Assembly: GCA_041288095.1 (NCBI GenBank)
Contig: JBGGMJ010000100.1
Coordinates: forward strand, 1-37,668
Length of the DNA: 37,668 bases
Source: Myxococcota bacterium
GTDB lineage: Bacteria > Myxococcota > XYA12-FULL-58-9 > JALHOP01
Direction of reading: 5' to 3'
Each line of letters starts with the position of its first letter. Position 1 is the stretch's first letter. Of the stretch, positions 34,749 to 37,668 are shown in pieces. A program made the position numbers and the translations under genes. The notes beneath the pieces were generated by a model that saw only the letters and a program-made list of their open reading frames with translations, was not told the origin of the DNA and made no database searches.

Positions 34749-36806
34749 TCAGAACCCCAACGCGCGTCCGCCTTGGTAGACGAGCAAGCTCGCGAGGTAC
34801 GCGAGGCAGTTCATATAGACTAGCTGCGCAATCGGCCATCGCCAGCTGTTCGTCTCTCGCTTTACGGTAGCGACCGTGGAGAGGCACTGCATGGCCAGTA
34901 CGAAGAAGACCATGAGGCTCACACCAACGAGTGGGGTGAAGCGGGGCTTACCCGTGGCGGGGTCGACATCGGCGAGCAACGCGGCACGCAGGGCAGGGGA
35001 ATCCGGCTCGACGTCGGCGTCGAGCGCGTAGACCTGGCCGAGAGTGCTCACCAGCACCTCGCGCGCCGCGAACGAAGCCACGAGCCCGATGCCGATCCGC
35101 CAATCGAAGCCGAGAGGCGCGATGACGGGCTCGATGGCGTGGCCGATCTGACCGCCGAAGGAATGCTCGAGCTTATCGGCGTCGCTTTCGCCGCCGTGCG
35201 CCGGGAAGGTCAGCAGGGCCCAGAGGATGACGCTGAGCGCGAGGATCACCATGCCGGTCTGCATGACGAAGACGCGGCAGCGCTCGAGGACCAGGCGTGC
35301 GACCGCTTTGGCGGACGGGAGCTTGTAGGTCGGCAGCTCCATGATGAAGGGTGGCGGTGGGGCCTTCAGGGCCGTGCGCTTGAGCACGAAGGCGGTAGCG
35401 AGGCCGGCGATGAAGCCGAGCAGATACATGGCGGCCATGACGAGCCCGCCGATGGAAATGACGCCGAAGACCTTGGGCGTCGCCGAAAATACCGCGGCGA
35501 TGACGAGCACGTAGATCGGCAACCGTGCCGAGCAACTCATGAACGGCGTCACCATGATGGTGACCAGCCGGTCGCGTCGGGACTCGATGGTTCGAGCGGC
35601 CATGATGGCCGGGACCGCACAGGCAAAGCCGCTCATCAGCGGCACGAAGGCTTTGCCGTGGAGGCCAACGCGTCGCATCATGCGGTCGAGCAGAAACGCT
35701 GCGCGCGCCATGTAGCCGCTCTCTTCGAGCAGGGTCAGCAGCAAGAAGAGGAAAGCGATCTGTGGCACGAAGACGAGGACGCTGCCGACGCCCGCGAGCA
35801 CTCCGTTGACGAGCAGCGAGCGCGTAAGGCTCTCCGGAATGACCTCGTTGAGCCGGTCCGCCAAAGCGCCCACCAGCCACTCGACGCCGTCCATGAACGG
35901 CTGCGCCCAGAAGAAGATGGTCTGGAACACCAGCACCATGGTGAGCGCGAAGACGACGAAGCCCCAGACCGGGTGGAGCAAGACCTTGTCGAGCCGCGCG
36001 GTGATTCGGTCTTCGGTGACTTGCCGCGTGTCCAGGACGCCGTCGATGAGCTGGTCGATGACTTGATATCGCGCCTCGATGACCCGTCGCGAGAAGGAAC
36101 CGGGGTTGTCGGCGTCGAGGTTGCGACGCGCCTCGGTGACGCGTCTCTCGAGAGCGTCGTTCTCGACGAAATGGAGATCGTGCAGGTTCGAGGTGAGCAA
36201 CCACGTGACGTCGCCGGCTGGACGCTGCAGGTCGCCGGTCAGCGCCGCGATGGTGATGCCGTCGGCTTCCGGGAGCCGCAACGGGAAACGCTGGGCTCTA
36301 GTGGGCTCCGCGAGGCGGCTGGCGATTGTCTGCAACAGCGTTTCGATGCCGCGACCATGGCGGGCCGACAGCGGCACGACCGGCACGCCGAGTCGCCGCG
36401 ACAGCTCGATGTGATCGATCTTGAGCCCGCGCTTTTCGGCGACGTCGATCATGTTGAGCGCGACGACGACCGGCACCTCGAGCTCGATGAGCTGGAGCAC
36501 GAGGTAGAGGGCGCGTGGCAGGTTCGTGGCATCGGCGACGCACACCACTAGCTTCGGACGCTCGCCGGTGAGGCGGCCGGTGAGCACGTGATGCGCGATT
36601 TCTTCTTCAGCGGACCGCGCGACGAGGCTGTAGCAGCCCGGGAGATCGATGAGCTGCGCGGTCTCTCCTGAAGGGAGCTTCAGGGCGGCAATCTTTCGCT
36701 CGACGGTGACGCCTGGATAGTTGCCAACCTTGGCGCGCGCCCCGGTGACGGCGTTGAAGAGGGTGCTCTTACCCGCGTTGGGATTTCCGGCGACGGCGAT
36801 CTGCAT
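34749..36806 (-). CDS. feoB: Ferrous iron transporter B
   Basis: GNPNAGKS, VGNYPGVTVE, DLPG, NMID, LEESGYMARAAF, GFACAVPAIM, MSCSARLP and FIMELPTY. Confidence 0.98.
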   Translation of the reverse strand: MQIAVAGNPNAGKSTLFNAVTGARAKVGNYPGVTVERKIAALKLPSGETAQLIDLPGCYSLVARSAEEEIAHHVLTGRLTGERPKLVVCVADATNLPRALYLVLQLIELEVPVVVALNMIDVAEKRGLKIDHIELSRRLGVPVVPLSARHGRGIETLLQTIASRLAEPTRAQRFPLRLPEADGITIAALTGDLQRPAGDVTWLLTSNLHDLHFVENDALERRVTEARRNLDADNPGSFSRRVIEARYQVIDQLIDGVLDTRQVTEDRITARLDKVLLHPVWGFVVFALTMVLVFQTIFFWAQPFMDGVEWLVGALADRLNEVIPESLTRSLLVNGVLAGVGSVLVFVPQIAFLFLLLTLLEESGYMARAAFLLDRMMRRVGLHGKAFVPLMSGFACAVPAIMAARTIESRRDRLVTIMVTPFMSCSARLPIYVLVIAAVFSATPKVFGVISIGGLVMAAMYLLGFIAGLATAFVLKRTALKAPPPPFIMELPTYKLPSAKAVARLVLERCRVFVMQTGMVILALSVILWALLTFPAHGGESDADKLEHSFGGQIGHAIEPVIAPLGFDWRIGIGLVASFAAREVLVSTLGQVYALDADVEPDSPALRAALLADVDPATGKPRFTPLVGVSLMVFFVLAMQCLSTVATVKRETNSWRWPIAQLVYMNCLAYLASLLVYQGGRALGF

Positions 36807-37069
36807 CAGCGCCTGACGCGAATGAGCCGCGCTTGGGCTTTTCGCAGGGTCAGCATGTAGCCGCGCAGGTTCACTTGCAGCGGATCTCCCAGGAAGCCAC
36901 GGCGCACGACCGTGACCCGGGTGCCGCGCGTCATCCCCATCTCCATGAGCCGCTCACCCACCTCACCGGGCACATCGACCGCTATGACGGACGCACTCGC
37001 GCCCGGCTCGAGCGCCGCAAGCGTCGACTCCGCCGCGTCCGGCGCCGCCGAGAGGGGGAAGGGGGTCAT
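36806..37069 (-). CDS. feoA: Ferrous iron transport protein A
   Basis: RLMEMGMTRGTRVTVVRRGFLGDPLQVNLRGYMLTLRKAQA; TGATG overlap with feoB. Confidence 0.95.
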   Translation of the reverse strand: MTPFPLSAAPDAAESTLAALEPGASASVIAVDVPGEVGERLMEMGMTRGTRVTVVRRGFLGDPLQVNLRGYMLTLRKAQARLIRVRR

Positions 37070-37073
37070 TTAA

Positions 37074-37105
37074 GACTGATAATCAGTCGCAACAACGGAT
37101 GTCAA
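37074..37105 (-). promoter_or_regulatory. feoA promoter with Fur-box-like operator
   Basis: TTGACA on the - strand at 37105-37100. Palindrome gactgat-a-atcagtc (37074-37088) overlaps tgataat-c-agtcgca (37077-37091), which matches the Fur 7-1-7 consensus TGATAAT-N-ATTATCA at 11/14. Confidence 0.7.
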
Positions 37106-37184
37106 TTTGCCGCGGGGGAGGCGGGTCAGATGCCGAGCACCCGGTCGAGGCGCGCGTGGCGAATTTGTCGCCGCGTGGAGCATC

Positions 37185-37646
37185 CTACTCGAGAGACACT
37201 TCCTCGACCGTTCCGGTGAACTCACCGTAGAGCGTACGGCCATTCACGAAGCCGACGTTGAACGAGCCGCTGACGTTACCGCCGGCCTGGAACTCGAAAT
37301 CGCCGAACTCGAGCTCACCGCTCTGCACCTCGGGAAAGTCACCCCCGCTCGGCGCCTCACGCTGCACGACGACGCGGTCCTTGAAGAGCTGGCCGTCGAT
37401 CTTGCTGTCCTTGCCGAGCCCTCGCAGATTCTCGGTGTCGAGCACCATCTTCGCGACCTTGGTCAGCGTCGGTCCGCTCTGCTTGATGTATTCGACGATC
37501 AAGCTCACGTCCTGCTTGCGGACATTCACCGTGTCGAACTCCAGCGAGAACGACGAGCTGATCGACCCCTCGAGCCGATTCTCGAACGAGCTGCATCCCG
37601 CCAGCGCAACCACCGCTAAAACAGACAACAACCGAACCTGAGGCAT
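37185..37646 (-). CDS. Hypothetical lipoprotein
   Basis: Lipobox LAVVALAGC; beta-rich mature part. Start lies close to the window edge. Confidence 0.78.
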   Translation of the reverse strand: MPQVRLLSVLAVVALAGCSSFENRLEGSISSSFSLEFDTVNVRKQDVSLIVEYIKQSGPTLTKVAKMVLDTENLRGLGKDSKIDGQLFKDRVVVQREAPSGGDFPEVQSGELEFGDFEFQAGGNVSGSFNVGFVNGRTLYGEFTGTVEEVSLE

Positions 37647-37668
37647 CAGAAGTTTCCGTAGGCGACCA

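Noticed and set aside
26590..36551. Long alternative ORFs 26590..27969, 27612..28946, 30325..31533 and 35139..36551
   Set aside because: Arg/Gly-rich off-frame or antisense shadows of lon, hisS, dsbD and feoB.

Overview
GC-rich bacterial chromosomal window. It is probably Myxococcota or a related deltaproteobacterial lineage, inferred from a TIGR02266-type PilZ domain, a MYXO-CTERM-like tail and a GYF_2 + AgmX/PglI-like protein. Housekeeping genes: large NAD-glutamate dehydrogenase, alaS, lon-hisS-tlpA-dsbD, feoA-feoB, ftsB. Envelope and signalling genes: two lytic transglycosylases, a matrixin with partner gene, a GAF-GGDEF cyclase and several lipoproteins. The best candidate for an undescribed system is 15237-21158. 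A lytic transglycosylase gene is followed by a 1056-aa Hsp90/HtpG-like GHKL ATPase that appears interrupted by a TM / transglutaminase-like (Cys-His-Asp) / TM insert. That gene is translationally coupled to an apparently catalytically dead GHKL paralogue, and the operon is preceded by a ~210-nt run of consecutive hairpins. Also notable: a PilZ + degenerate Hsp70 fusion; a long inverted repeat (73-bp core, 71/73 identical) enclosing a probable HNH-family gene remnant; a GST that seems to start at CTG; an unannotated 57-aa acidic ORF; an AlaRS with a ~100-aa insertion; and several apparently leaderless genes. No rRNA, tRNA, CRISPR array or intact transposase was recognised. All family calls come from motif recognition by eye; no database searches were run.
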